This document shows positions 50,698-60,519 of a stretch of 63,203 nt of DNA, one piece after another. A program made the translations under genes and the position numbers. The stretch comes from Candidatus Omnitrophota bacterium (lineage in GTDB: Bacteria > Omnitrophota > Omnitrophia > Omnitrophales > JACROU01): NCBI GenBank assembly GCA_016214265.1, contig JACROU010000023.1, positions 1 through 63,203 on the forward strand, given 5' to 3'. Each line of letters opens with the position of its first letter. Positions within the stretch are counted from its first letter, which is position 1. The notes beneath the pieces are model-generated. The model was not told the origin of the DNA. It was given only the letters and a program-made list of their open reading frames with translations, and searched no databases.

Positions 50698-51426
50698 ATG
50701 TTATCCGTGGCGATTCCGTTTTACAACGAGGAAGAGAACGTGGACAGGGTTATACGGGGAATCGTAAGGGTTTTTAACGATGCGGCCCTTGAGGATTACG
50801 AAATATTGGCGGTTAATAATGGATCCTGGGACAAAACCGGCGAGATCTTAACTGATCTGAACGCGAATAATCCTCGTATTCGAATTGTCCATGTAATGAA
50901 AAACAAAGGCCTTGGCTGGGGGATTCTTCAAGGACTTGCGCAGGCAAGAGGCGAATACCTTTGTATTCAATGCGGTGATGGGCAGACAGAACCTGACGAA
51001 ATCATTCGCGTTTTTGAAACCTTAAAGAAATATCAACTGGATTTATGTAAAGTCCGGCGTGTTGTTCGAGGGGATGGACCGTTTCGGGCTTTTATTTCTT
51101 GGGTTTTTAATGCGCTTTCTACAATTATGTTTTCAGTCAAGACAGATGATGTCAACGGTTTACCTAAAGTGATGACCCGAAAAGCCTATGAGGATTTATC
51201 GCTTCGGTCATCGGATTGGTTTATTGATGCCGAAATTATGATAAAGGCTGCCCGTCTTCGGCTTAAGCAGGGTGAGGTTGAAACCGAGTTTCTTAAACGT
51301 GAAGGCGGAAGCTCTAACGTCAATTGGAAAACGGTGATGGAATTTATCAAAAACATGATTAAATATCGAATCAAGGGATTTGAAACTGAAAAATGTTTAA
51401 AACAAACAATTCACTCAAGGTCGTAA
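50698..51426 (+). CDS. GT2 polyprenyl-phosphate sugar synthase-like (DPM1/ArnC/CsbB type)
   Basis: LSVAIPFYNEEENV, AVNNGSWDKTGE and IQCGDGQ. ATG 50698 lies 1 nt after the gmhB stop. Confidence 0.7.
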   Translation: MLSVAIPFYNEEENVDRVIRGIVRVFNDAALEDYEILAVNNGSWDKTGEILTDLNANNPRIRIVHVMKNKGLGWGILQGLAQARGEYLCIQCGDGQTEPDEIIRVFETLKKYQLDLCKVRRVVRGDGPFRAFISWVFNALSTIMFSVKTDDVNGLPKVMTRKAYEDLSLRSSDWFIDAEIMIKAARLRLKQGEVETEFLKREGGSSNVNWKTVMEFIKNMIKYRIKGFETEKCLKQTIHSRS

Positions 51427-52190
51427 TTCTCTGCGGGGGGGCCGGTACCCGACTGAAGGAAGAAACGGATTTCCGACCGAAACCCCTTGTTGAAGTAGGC
51501 ACCCGCCCGATATTGTGGCACATCATGAAGATTTTTTCACATTTTGGATTCAACGATTTCATACTCTGTTTGGGGCATAAAGGGCACATGATCAAAGAAT
51601 ATTTTATGAATTATGTGATCCGGAATAATGATTTCACCATTAATTTAGACAAGCCCGGAGAAATTAAATTCCACGGTGATCACAATGAGGGGCATTGGAA
51701 AATTACTTTGGTGGATACGGGGCTTAACACGATGACGGGGGGGCGCATCAAGAGGGTTCAGCGTTATGTAGACACGGATCCATTTCTTGTAACCTACGGG
51801 GACGGCGTGGCGGATGTTGATATTCTGAAATTGCTCGAATATCACAAAAAACAGAATACGATCGCGACGGTTACGGGTGTTCAGCCGCTGTCCCAATTTG
51901 GCATTATCGAAATGGAACGGGAAGGGAAGGCCATGGGATTCAAGGAAAAACCCAAGCTGGATTCTTGGGTTAACGGCGGATTCTTCGTCTTTCAGAATAA
52001 ATTTTTCGATTATTTAACAGATGATTCTGTGCTTGAGCAAGAGCCTCTTAAAAAGTTGGCTAGCGAGAAGCAACTTGCTATTTATCCGCATCAGGGGTTT
52101 TGGCAATGTATGGATACATTCAAAGATGTGGAGGGTTTAAATCAATTGTGGCAGGAAAAACGGGCGGAGTGGAAAGTTTGGAAGGAATAG
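51393..52190 (+). CDS. rfbF: glucose-1-phosphate cytidylyltransferase
   Basis: VVILCGGAGTRLKEETDFRPKPLVEVGTRPILWHIMKIFSHFGFNDFILCLGHKGHMIKEYF is typical of RfbF. Confidence 0.85.
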   Translation: MFKTNNSLKVVILCGGAGTRLKEETDFRPKPLVEVGTRPILWHIMKIFSHFGFNDFILCLGHKGHMIKEYFMNYVIRNNDFTINLDKPGEIKFHGDHNEGHWKITLVDTGLNTMTGGRIKRVQRYVDTDPFLVTYGDGVADVDILKLLEYHKKQNTIATVTGVQPLSQFGIIEMEREGKAMGFKEKPKLDSWVNGGFFVFQNKFFDYLTDDSVLEQEPLKKLASEKQLAIYPHQGFWQCMDTFKDVEGLNQLWQEKRAEWKVWKE

Positions 52191-52195
52191 CGTCT

Positions 52196-53215
52196 ATGAC
52201 AGAAAATAAGTGGAAAAATCAGTCCATCTGCGTCACCGGAGCGACCGGATTAGTGGGGGCCTGGCTCGTCGATCGGCTCATAGGCGAGGGCGCGCGCGTG
52301 GTCGTGCTTATCCGAGATGAGGTGATGGATTCCGCGCTTAAATTTTCAGGAAATATTGAAAAAGTGAACCGGGTTCACGGGGGCCTGGAGGATATTAAAT
52401 TACTCGAAAGAATTTTCGTTGATTATGATGTAGAGCATCTGTTCCATCTGGCGGCGCAAACGATTGTCGGCGTGGCCAACGGATCGCCCGTTTCCACGTT
52501 CGAAACCAATATCCGGGGAACCTGGAATATTCTTGAGGCCGCGCGGGTTTACGGAAAACTGAAATCCATCGTGGTTGCCTCAAGCGATAAGGCTTACGGT
52601 AATCAACCGTCTCCGTATGATGAATCTACTCCGCTGGCAGGTAAATATCCGTACGACGTGTCGAAATCGTGTACGGATTTGATTGCACAATCATATGCTG
52701 TGAGTTTTGATCTCCCAATTGGAATTACGCGGTCAGGGAATATTTATGGAGGCGGAGATTTTAATTATTCGCGGATCATTCCCGGTTCTATCCAAATGAT
52801 ACTGGAAGGGAAAGATCCGATTATTCGAAGCGATGGCTCGCATCTTCGCGATTATTTGTATGTTCAGGATGTAGTCGACGGATACCTCGCGATTGCCGAA
52901 GCGATTCGAGAAGGAAAATGCAACGGTGAAGCTTTTAATTTCGGACACAAGGAACCCGTGAGTGTGCTGGAAATTGTCAATCTGCTCATTAAAGTTTCCG
53001 GAAGAAAAGGTTTGAAGCCGGATGTTCGCGGAAAATCAAAAGCCGCAAGAGAGATTGATGCCCAGTGGTTGGCTACGGATAAAGCCCAGAGATTGCTGGG
53101 GTGGACGCCGAAAATTTCGCTGGAGGACGGGCTTCGCGCTACGTTTACCTGGTATGAAAATTATTTCCTTTCCACAACAAAAAATGCGCCAAAAATCCAA
53201 TTCGCTAGAGTCTGA
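52196..53215 (+). CDS. SDR-family nucleotide-sugar 4,6-dehydratase/epimerase (CDP-glucose 4,6-dehydratase candidate, by context)
   Basis: VTGATGLVGAWLV Rossmann motif, SSDKAYG and YDVSKSC (YxxxK). Immediately follows rfbF. Confidence 0.65.
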   Translation: MTENKWKNQSICVTGATGLVGAWLVDRLIGEGARVVVLIRDEVMDSALKFSGNIEKVNRVHGGLEDIKLLERIFVDYDVEHLFHLAAQTIVGVANGSPVSTFETNIRGTWNILEAARVYGKLKSIVVASSDKAYGNQPSPYDESTPLAGKYPYDVSKSCTDLIAQSYAVSFDLPIGITRSGNIYGGGDFNYSRIIPGSIQMILEGKDPIIRSDGSHLRDYLYVQDVVDGYLAIAEAIREGKCNGEAFNFGHKEPVSVLEIVNLLIKVSGRKGLKPDVRGKSKAAREIDAQWLATDKAQRLLGWTPKISLEDGLRATFTWYENYFLSTTKNAPKIQFARV

Positions 53216-54866
53216 AATTTTCTCCCGAATTAATGAAAAGCATCTTGTCTTCGCAGTTCTCACACTTGCTTTCATTCTGAGGATCATCGGAATTGGATAT
53301 GGCCTGCCATTCAACTATCACGCCGACGAACAACTTGAAATTAATCAGACGATGGGGTTTGGCACGGGTGATCTCAATCCTCATTTCTTTAAATTACCCC
53401 CCCTGGTGACCTATCTTCTTTTTCCATTCTACGGACTCTTCTACGCAATCGGTCATGTTCTTGGTTGGTTTTCGAGCCCAGAAGCGTTTCTTGGATATTA
53501 TCTGAAAGATTCCACAGTTTTTTATCTCATCGCGCGGATCATTTTCGGGGCCTTGCTCGGAACACTGGGGGTCTTTCTCGTCTTTCGACTCGCGCGACGC
53601 TTCTTCGGCGAGAGAACGGCGTTTGCCGCCTCATTCCTGCTCGCCGTGAATTTTCTTCATGTTCGGGACAGTCATTTCTTTTATCTCGACTTGCCGCTAC
53701 TGGCGATTTTGACGGGAGGGATGTATTTCGTTCTCTCAGTTCTAGAAGAAGGAAAACCCGGTGATTATTTGTGGTGCGGATTTTTTGTGGGGCTGGCTAC
53801 GGCAATGAAATATAACGGTGTGTGGCTCGCTGTGCCTTATCTTGCCGCGCATCTCATCAGAAATTGGAAAAATTTTATAAACGCGATTTTTTTCTGGCCG
53901 TTATGGTTGTCCGGAGTTATTTGCATCTTATCCTTTTTTGCGATGAATCCTTTTGCTGTATCGGACTGGAATTTCTTTTTGAAAGAAGGGCTTGGCCAGC
54001 TAAGCGCCGAAGGTTCTTCGGGGTTTTGGCATCATTTCGTGTATTCGCTCAATAATGGTTTGGGGTGGGGACTGACCGTTTTATCGTTGATCGGTATCGG
54101 TCTTGGTTTTTTCCTTCGTAATCCGAGGATTTGGATTTTCTCCGTCTGGATTGTGAGCTATTACCTTTTGCTTGCGAAGGGGAGTCAGCCTCATGACCGG
54201 TATGTTCTGCCGCTTATTCCGTTCATGATTTTGACGGCGGCGTGGGCTCTTGATCAGTTGAGGGTGCGAGGGGCGGTTTTTGCGGCGATAATTTGTCTTG
54301 TAGCTGCTTCTAATTTTGTTAAATCGTCTCTGCTTGATTATTTGCTTCTCCAGAAAGATTCCCGGACTGTGGCGCGGGAAGCGTTGATCACGCGGCTGCC
54401 TACGGATGCCGAGGTGGCTATTGGAGAGCCTTATTTCTTCGCGCCTCGTCTGCCGCGCTCAAAAAGTCAGCTGGGGGCACTTTCAAGCCGGGCGCTCGAC
54501 GAAGGTGTGGATCCCGTTAAAATGAAGCGACTGATGAAAATGGCGGAAAGCGCTTCAGAAAAAGGATTTCAGCTGTATTTTCTTAATGAAGTTCCGGAAA
54601 ATAAATCCAGCTATTTCTCAACACGCCCGCAGATTGGCTATAACGAATTAAAGAAAAACAATATTAGTTTCATTGTCCTGCCAAGATTAAAGAGGTATGA
54701 ACTCAAAGAAGATGCCCGGCTTATAACGAGGTTTAGCCCTTATTGGGATGATCGTGTGAAGCAGGCTCTTGATCCCGCGATTCGCACATCAACTCCCAGT
54801 TCGTGGAAAGAGTTATTGGCGCGCAAATCTTTTGGAGAGATTATTGATGTCTATGAAATTAGATAA
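53184..54866 (+). CDS. GT-C (ArnT/PMT-like) membrane glycosyltransferase
   Basis: Polytopic. The first periplasmic loop GLPFNYHADEQ carries the acidic DE motif. Alternative start at 53154; both overlap the upstream gene. Confidence 0.65.
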   Translation: MRQKSNSLESEIFSRINEKHLVFAVLTLAFILRIIGIGYGLPFNYHADEQLEINQTMGFGTGDLNPHFFKLPPLVTYLLFPFYGLFYAIGHVLGWFSSPEAFLGYYLKDSTVFYLIARIIFGALLGTLGVFLVFRLARRFFGERTAFAASFLLAVNFLHVRDSHFFYLDLPLLAILTGGMYFVLSVLEEGKPGDYLWCGFFVGLATAMKYNGVWLAVPYLAAHLIRNWKNFINAIFFWPLWLSGVICILSFFAMNPFAVSDWNFFLKEGLGQLSAEGSSGFWHHFVYSLNNGLGWGLTVLSLIGIGLGFFLRNPRIWIFSVWIVSYYLLLAKGSQPHDRYVLPLIPFMILTAAWALDQLRVRGAVFAAIICLVAASNFVKSSLLDYLLLQKDSRTVAREALITRLPTDAEVAIGEPYFFAPRLPRSKSQLGALSSRALDEGVDPVKMKRLMKMAESASEKGFQLYFLNEVPENKSSYFSTRPQIGYNELKKNNISFIVLPRLKRYELKEDARLITRFSPYWDDRVKQALDPAIRTSTPSSWKELLARKSFGEIIDVYEIR

Positions 54867-57084
54867 GACAAAGAAGCTAGGCGCCATTCTCCGGGGTGAC
54901 CTGGGATTTGTGCTCCTCCTGTGCGGCGTAATTTTTGTATACCTGTTTGACTTGTTCACGCTCCGTTATGGATTTTTAAGCGGAGATCATCTGGCTCAGC
55001 ATTATCCGTGGGCGAGTTTTCTTTGGGACGAAATCCATCACTTGCGCTTGCCTTGGTGGTGCCCATTCAATCAATGCGGATTTCCGCTGCTGGCTGAGGG
55101 GCAGGTGGGGGCGTTTTATCCGCCGAACCTGATTTTTTTGGGACTTTTACCGTTCGATATCGCCTATAACTACGAGGTTCTGTTTCATTATCTTGTTGCG
55201 GGTGTCGGATTTTATTTTTATGTACGCCGTATCGGCTTGCGCAGTGTGGCAGCATTGTTGGGGGCTGTCATATTTTTGTTCGGTTCAGCCCAGGGGGGCT
55301 TTTCCTATAATATAACCTCGCAAAGGGTATTAGCATGGTTTCCGATCTGCCTGCTTTTGATTGATTGTATGCTTGAGAATCCCCGGCCGGTTTATTGCGG
55401 GCTTTTGGCTCTGGTTTTGGCGCTCCAGGCCGTAGCAGGTTATCAGCAATTCTCAATTTATTTTTATGGGTTCGCTTGTTTCTATTTCATTTTTCTTTTA
55501 TTCAAGGGGCCTTACGAGCAGAAATTTAAATCGTTCTTATCGTTCGCGTTGGCCGTGTTTCTTTCGATCGGGCTTAGTCTACCGCAGTGGATCCCGTTTT
55601 TAGAGCTGAGCCAGTTTTCTTCCAGAGTGAATTCGGTTGAGGCATTGGCGTATGTCGGATCTCTGAATCCTTTCGGATTCGCAACGCTTTATTTTCCATC
55701 GTGGCATGGCTTTTTGGGAACGGATTTTTACGTCAGTGTCCTTGGAGTTTTTCTGGCGATCAGTGGATTGGCGGGGAGGAAAAACTGCCATACTTGGGCC
55801 GTTTTAGCTTTGTTGGTAGTCAGTCTTTTGTACGCACTTGGGAAATTCGATCCACTCTACGTGGCCTTTATCAAGTCAACCCATTTTTATGCGTTTAGAG
55901 TTCCCGCAAAAGTTCTTTTCTTTTCTTCGTTATGCCTGTCGATTTTGGCGGCTATGGGATTCGATAAGGTTCTCTCCGGCGGGGAAGATCAATCGGTAAA
56001 ACGTACTCGTAACATTTTCTTTTGGCTGAGTGCGATTGTTCTTTTGGGATTTGCTGCGTCCGGTATCCTTCTTCGAGCCGGAAAAGACGTTATTTATCCG
56101 ATTGCGGAGCAGTATGTAAAAAGTCATTTTGGCGGATCCGTGATTCATCCTTATTCCATAGAGGTATACCTTGCTAAGCTAAAGTCGGTTTATGACGTCC
56201 TTTTATTGCAGACCGATATTTTTAATCCGAGAATTATTACGGCTGTCTCAGCGATAATCGTTTCGGTTTTTGCCACGTTCTGGATTAAAAGGATTTCTCC
56301 CTGGGTTTTTATTCTGATTATTTCCGTTGATCTTTTTTTGTTTGGCTTGATTAGTGTGAAAGGAAATTATGAATCCTTCGCCGTTACCAGGCCGAAATCG
56401 AAAATCCTGGATATGATCAAGCATGACAAGGCGCGTTTTCGTGTGCTTACTTTCATGAACGAAGCCGACGCTCAAAAGGGAAGACAATACCCCTCGTTCC
56501 CCAATTTTAATGTCTATCCTCGGATTGAGGATGTTGGCATTTACTCTCCTTTCGCGATGAAATTGTATAAACAATTTTTAGGCGGTTTGGGTTCTGTTAA
56601 TGATTCGTTATTTTTATCAGCGGGATCCCGGAAAGCTCTGTTCGAGAAACGGGAATTGCTTAATTTCTTAAGTGTCAAATACATAGTTTCGGGCGAGCCG
56701 CTTTCCGATTTTTCTCTTATTTGTGAAGAAAACGGGTTTTATTTATATGAAAATAGGGATTGGCATTCTCGCTACTCGGGAATTGATGATGTCAAGGAAG
56801 TGGAAAGGAAGTCTGGCCGGGTTTTACTTCAAGCAAATGCAAAAGAAAGCGGTGAATTAGTAGTCTCCGAAATTAATTATCCGGGTTGGAAGTCTTTTAT
56901 TGACGGAAAAGAAGTTGTGATCAAACCGTATCAAGGCCTTTTCAGAAGTGTCGACGTTCCCATGGGGGCCCATCAAATTGAATTTCGATATACCGTATCC
57001 CGTTTTAACTGGACCTTTGTGGTGGCGGGATTAATGCTGGGAGTTTGCTTCTTATGTATTCTTTCCTATTCGCGCTTATCCTAG
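54847..57084 (+). CDS. YfhO-family GT-C membrane glycosyltransferase
   Basis: More than 12 TM helices. The C-terminal SEINYPGWKSFIDGKEVVIKPYQGLFRSVDVPMGAHQIEFRY and a final TM helix are characteristic of YfhO proteins. Confidence 0.7.
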   Translation: MSMKLDKTKKLGAILRGDLGFVLLLCGVIFVYLFDLFTLRYGFLSGDHLAQHYPWASFLWDEIHHLRLPWWCPFNQCGFPLLAEGQVGAFYPPNLIFLGLLPFDIAYNYEVLFHYLVAGVGFYFYVRRIGLRSVAALLGAVIFLFGSAQGGFSYNITSQRVLAWFPICLLLIDCMLENPRPVYCGLLALVLALQAVAGYQQFSIYFYGFACFYFIFLLFKGPYEQKFKSFLSFALAVFLSIGLSLPQWIPFLELSQFSSRVNSVEALAYVGSLNPFGFATLYFPSWHGFLGTDFYVSVLGVFLAISGLAGRKNCHTWAVLALLVVSLLYALGKFDPLYVAFIKSTHFYAFRVPAKVLFFSSLCLSILAAMGFDKVLSGGEDQSVKRTRNIFFWLSAIVLLGFAASGILLRAGKDVIYPIAEQYVKSHFGGSVIHPYSIEVYLAKLKSVYDVLLLQTDIFNPRIITAVSAIIVSVFATFWIKRISPWVFILIISVDLFLFGLISVKGNYESFAVTRPKSKILDMIKHDKARFRVLTFMNEADAQKGRQYPSFPNFNVYPRIEDVGIYSPFAMKLYKQFLGGLGSVNDSLFLSAGSRKALFEKRELLNFLSVKYIVSGEPLSDFSLICEENGFYLYENRDWHSRYSGIDDVKEVERKSGRVLLQANAKESGELVVSEINYPGWKSFIDGKEVVIKPYQGLFRSVDVPMGAHQIEFRYTVSRFNWTFVVAGLMLGVCFLCILSYSRLS

Positions 57085-58544
57085 TCTATAGCTTTCTGAC
57101 AAAAATCTGGGGACTTTCGCGCCCATTTCTTGGGAATTTCGCGTCCTATCAATTGATGACGGTAGATGTGGCCAAGTTTATTCTAATGAAGGGTCCGTCA
57201 GCGGTTTTCTTGCCGATGACGTTTTGCTCCGCCTCCGGCGAACCGGGACTCATCTTATTAAATTTTTGGGCTCCCGCAGTTGTTGCCGCGACGCTCTTCA
57301 AATTGTTTGGAGTGAGCATTGTTTTCTGGGGCCGGTTTCAGATGGTTGTGTTCGCTGTTTTGGCGACATGGGTGCTCTATCTTTTTGTGAAAGAGAGGTG
57401 GGGAGAACGGGTCGCTCTGTGGAGCGCGTTTATTTTTAATTTGTCTCCGCTCACAACTATTTACGGCCAAAGCTTCATGAACGATATGCCGGCGCTATTC
57501 CTTACGCTTCTGGCGTTTTATCTAGCGGGGAAGAGTGGTCAAAAAGACTTTGCTGCCGGAATCGTAACGGGAATCTTGATTACTTTAAGAATTCATCTCG
57601 GCGTACTTCTCCTGCCGCTTGGATTTCTCGCTAAAAAAAATCGTTTATGGTTTTTGCTGCCGGCGGTATTAACGCCGCTGGCCTGGTATGGCTGGATTTA
57701 CTGGGTTACCCGGCACAGTGATAATGTGTTTATGTCCATGTTTCCGCAAATTGAAATGTACGGACAGGGCAGCCCGTTTCATCTTTTTATGACTCTTGGG
57801 TTTTACAAACAGATTATTTATTATTTCGTCCGTTATTTGCTAACCCCGATCGGCGTTATCATTTTGCCGTTTGCGTTATGGAATTCCTGGAAAAAGAAAG
57901 AGGATAAAGTTCTTTGGCTCTGGCTATTGGCTCTGGCTGTTAGTATGGTGGTGCTTCCGCGGAAGTATCATGATCATAATTTTTATCTTTGGCATTGGAT
58001 CGCGCCCCTTGCGATTATTCTAGGCGGGTATTTTGACGGGGTCTTTGAGAAAACAAAAAAATTCCGGCCCGTTTGGATTTGTCTGGGCTTCACGGCTATT
58101 TTTTTAAATTCATTTTTAGCATTTAAGCCGGCTTTTGTGACGCCTCGCGCTGATGAAAAAATCGTGCCTTTGTCGAAGGCCATTCAGAGAATGGCTTTGC
58201 CGGAGGACCGAATTATTGTGGCAACGCATGAGGCCCGTCCTGAATATATTCCGCTTTCAGAAAGAATTGGATGGCCGTTCGAGCTTGACTCAACTCGAGA
58301 AGATTTGCCGCTTTATTTTCATTTCAAATCTTTGAATAACCTATCGGACGAAGAACGGTCGCAAAGAGATTCTGCTTTTCGCGATCCGATTCGATGGATT
58401 GAGTATCTTAAATCGAAAGGTGCGAAGTATTTTTTTGTAGTCAATCCTCAGGACATTCAGTCAAAAAGAGCGCTTTTTGAATATTTAGAGAAGCTGCCAA
58501 AATCTGTTGATGCTGAAACAGGTCTAATCCGTTACAAAATATGA
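57054..58544 (+). CDS. GT-C (family 39-like) membrane glycosyltransferase
   Basis: Polytopic N-terminal ~370 aa plus a soluble C-terminal domain. Overlaps the upstream gene by 31 nt. Confidence 0.6.
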   Translation: MYSFLFALILVYSFLTKIWGLSRPFLGNFASYQLMTVDVAKFILMKGPSAVFLPMTFCSASGEPGLILLNFWAPAVVAATLFKLFGVSIVFWGRFQMVVFAVLATWVLYLFVKERWGERVALWSAFIFNLSPLTTIYGQSFMNDMPALFLTLLAFYLAGKSGQKDFAAGIVTGILITLRIHLGVLLLPLGFLAKKNRLWFLLPAVLTPLAWYGWIYWVTRHSDNVFMSMFPQIEMYGQGSPFHLFMTLGFYKQIIYYFVRYLLTPIGVIILPFALWNSWKKKEDKVLWLWLLALAVSMVVLPRKYHDHNFYLWHWIAPLAIILGGYFDGVFEKTKKFRPVWICLGFTAIFLNSFLAFKPAFVTPRADEKIVPLSKAIQRMALPEDRIIVATHEARPEYIPLSERIGWPFELDSTREDLPLYFHFKSLNNLSDEERSQRDSAFRDPIRWIEYLKSKGAKYFFVVNPQDIQSKRALFEYLEKLPKSVDAETGLIRYKI

Positions 58545-58582
58545 TTTTGTTTTAGGCGTAGTAGCGTCGCAGAAAAACAGTT

Positions 58583-60457
58583 TTATAAATAGCCGAAGCT
58601 TTTCAGCTGTTCCAGAGAGGTTTTGTCGATATCCGCATTTTCAAATTGTTTTGCGCCGCGGTCATTCGAGCGGTTCTTTTTTAAGCCTTCATCCAGCCAA
58701 TTCACCAATTTATCTTTCAAGCGGTTAGCCTCCGCCGGGAATTTATCGATCACATTGCGAATTTCTTTTTTGTCTTCGGTAAAGTGATAGAGAGCAAACG
58801 GGCCGATCCCGAGCGCTTTTTGATCGGTCGGATCCGGTGCGAAAACCAGTTTCCACTCCTTATCACGCACGGTCCGTTGATATTTCTCCGAATCGCCGGA
58901 TTCGATGAACTGGTACTGAAACTGGCCTGACGTCAAATTTTGTCCCTGAAACGGGGCGTTTGTGACAGAGATATTCGCTAACGATAACACCGTCGGAAGG
59001 ATGTCGATGAGTGAGACAGGTGTCTGAACTATCGCGGATTTAGAGAGGTGCTTAGGATCCCGAATAATCAGGGGAACGTGAGCGCAATCCTCAAAGGGGT
59101 ATTTTCCGTGATCGAAAAAGAAATCGTGGTTTCCGAAGCTTTCTCCGTGATCCGAGGTGAAAATAACAATTGTGTTCTTGTCGAGACCAAAATTCTTCAG
59201 GGCCTGAAAAAGTTTTCCGATCTGATCATCCGTAAAACGGATTTCTCCGTCATATTGTGAGACGTAGTAATCGGGGTCGTTATGATCGCCAAGCCGTGCA
59301 TGTTCGCTGATTTTTCCGAGCGGGACAGGCGCGTAATCGTTCCCCAGGCCATCATTGACAAACATAGAGTTATACGGCGCCGGGGGAGTGTACGGGGCGT
59401 GAGGATCGACGATATGGGTCCAGACAAAAAATCGTTTCCCCCTATTTTTTTTGATCCAATCAATCGTACGATTAACGACTAAATCGGACCGGAACCAACC
59501 CATCTCACGCGCCGGACCAGATTGTTTGTGCCAAAGTTCTTCGTACGTGTCAAATCCGCTATCAAAATCAAAATATTTTGCCAGATTTGCGTTGCTTTGA
59601 AATGCGGCTGTTTTGTATCCGGCATTGGAAAAGATTTCAGACATAAGCAGGTTTTTGGCTGGCAGGCGAGTGGCGACATTGATGGGGATGCCGGTTTGAT
59701 AAAAATAGGTTCCGGTGAGCATGGAAGCAAAACTCTGGCTGGTTTTCGGCCATTGGCAGACGGCGCTCGTGAAAGTGACATTTTCTTTTCCGAATTGATC
59801 TATCGTAGGACTGGTGTTTCGCTTGTAGCCGTAAAGTCCAAGATGATCCGCGCGCATCGTATCGACAGTCAGAAGGAGAACGTTCGGCGCGTCTGATTTG
59901 TTCAAATTTGTTTGCAGGGTTTTTTTCCACGCAAAGTTGAAAACGACAATTCCGGCGATGAGAACGACAGAGATCGGAATAAAAACTCGTGACAGGAAAA
60001 GAAAAAAATCTCTGCTTCGAACGACGAAGGGGGTAAGAACTGAAAAAAGTATCAGAGTCACTAGGAGGAAATTCAGATGAGCCTTGATCCATTGATTTAC
60101 ACTAAAAGCGAAATAAACAAGGTCTCCTGGTAAAAAGTCCAATGAATACCGTTTGATAGTCACGCAGACACCAAGAAGCAGGATGACCAAAATTCCCTCT
60201 ATGTATAAAGTCAGTGTTTTGCCAACGGATTGAGGAAGGAGCATTGACACAATTCCGAGGGCTCCACCTATTACTATCGAATAGACAAGGGTGGTTATCG
60301 TGATGTGTTGGGCTGTTTCAAGGCCAATTCCATATAAGTGGAAAGTAAAATAGTTTTGTTCACAGAGAACGCGAAGCGTTTCGTGAATGGAGTAGATGAT
60401 CCCTATAACTGCTGCTATTTGAAGGGATAAGGTCAATCGTTCGCGGCGCAAAGTCAT
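58583..60457 (-). CDS. membrane-anchored sulfatase-family protein (LtaS-like architecture)
   Basis: About six N-terminal TM helices, then LLLTVDTMRADHLGLYGYKRNTSP...VCQWPKTSQSFASMLTG...SDHGESFG. Ends ...LEQLKSFGYL. Confidence 0.75.
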   Translation of the reverse strand: MTLRRERLTLSLQIAAVIGIIYSIHETLRVLCEQNYFTFHLYGIGLETAQHITITTLVYSIVIGGALGIVSMLLPQSVGKTLTLYIEGILVILLLGVCVTIKRYSLDFLPGDLVYFAFSVNQWIKAHLNFLLVTLILFSVLTPFVVRSRDFFLFLSRVFIPISVVLIAGIVVFNFAWKKTLQTNLNKSDAPNVLLLTVDTMRADHLGLYGYKRNTSPTIDQFGKENVTFTSAVCQWPKTSQSFASMLTGTYFYQTGIPINVATRLPAKNLLMSEIFSNAGYKTAAFQSNANLAKYFDFDSGFDTYEELWHKQSGPAREMGWFRSDLVVNRTIDWIKKNRGKRFFVWTHIVDPHAPYTPPAPYNSMFVNDGLGNDYAPVPLGKISEHARLGDHNDPDYYVSQYDGEIRFTDDQIGKLFQALKNFGLDKNTIVIFTSDHGESFGNHDFFFDHGKYPFEDCAHVPLIIRDPKHLSKSAIVQTPVSLIDILPTVLSLANISVTNAPFQGQNLTSGQFQYQFIESGDSEKYQRTVRDKEWKLVFAPDPTDQKALGIGPFALYHFTEDKKEIRNVIDKFPAEANRLKDKLVNWLDEGLKKNRSNDRGAKQFENADIDKTSLEQLKSFGYL

Positions 60458-60519
60458 GATGTTTTCCTCATAAAATGCCGTATAATATAGCCCTATATTT
60501 CAAATTCAAAGGAGAATTT

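Noticed and set aside
60481-60486. TATAAT hexamer upstream of the GT2 gene at 60520, as a promoter
   Set aside because: No acceptable -35 element or extended -10 TG lies at the right spacing. The evidence is too weak to list as a feature.
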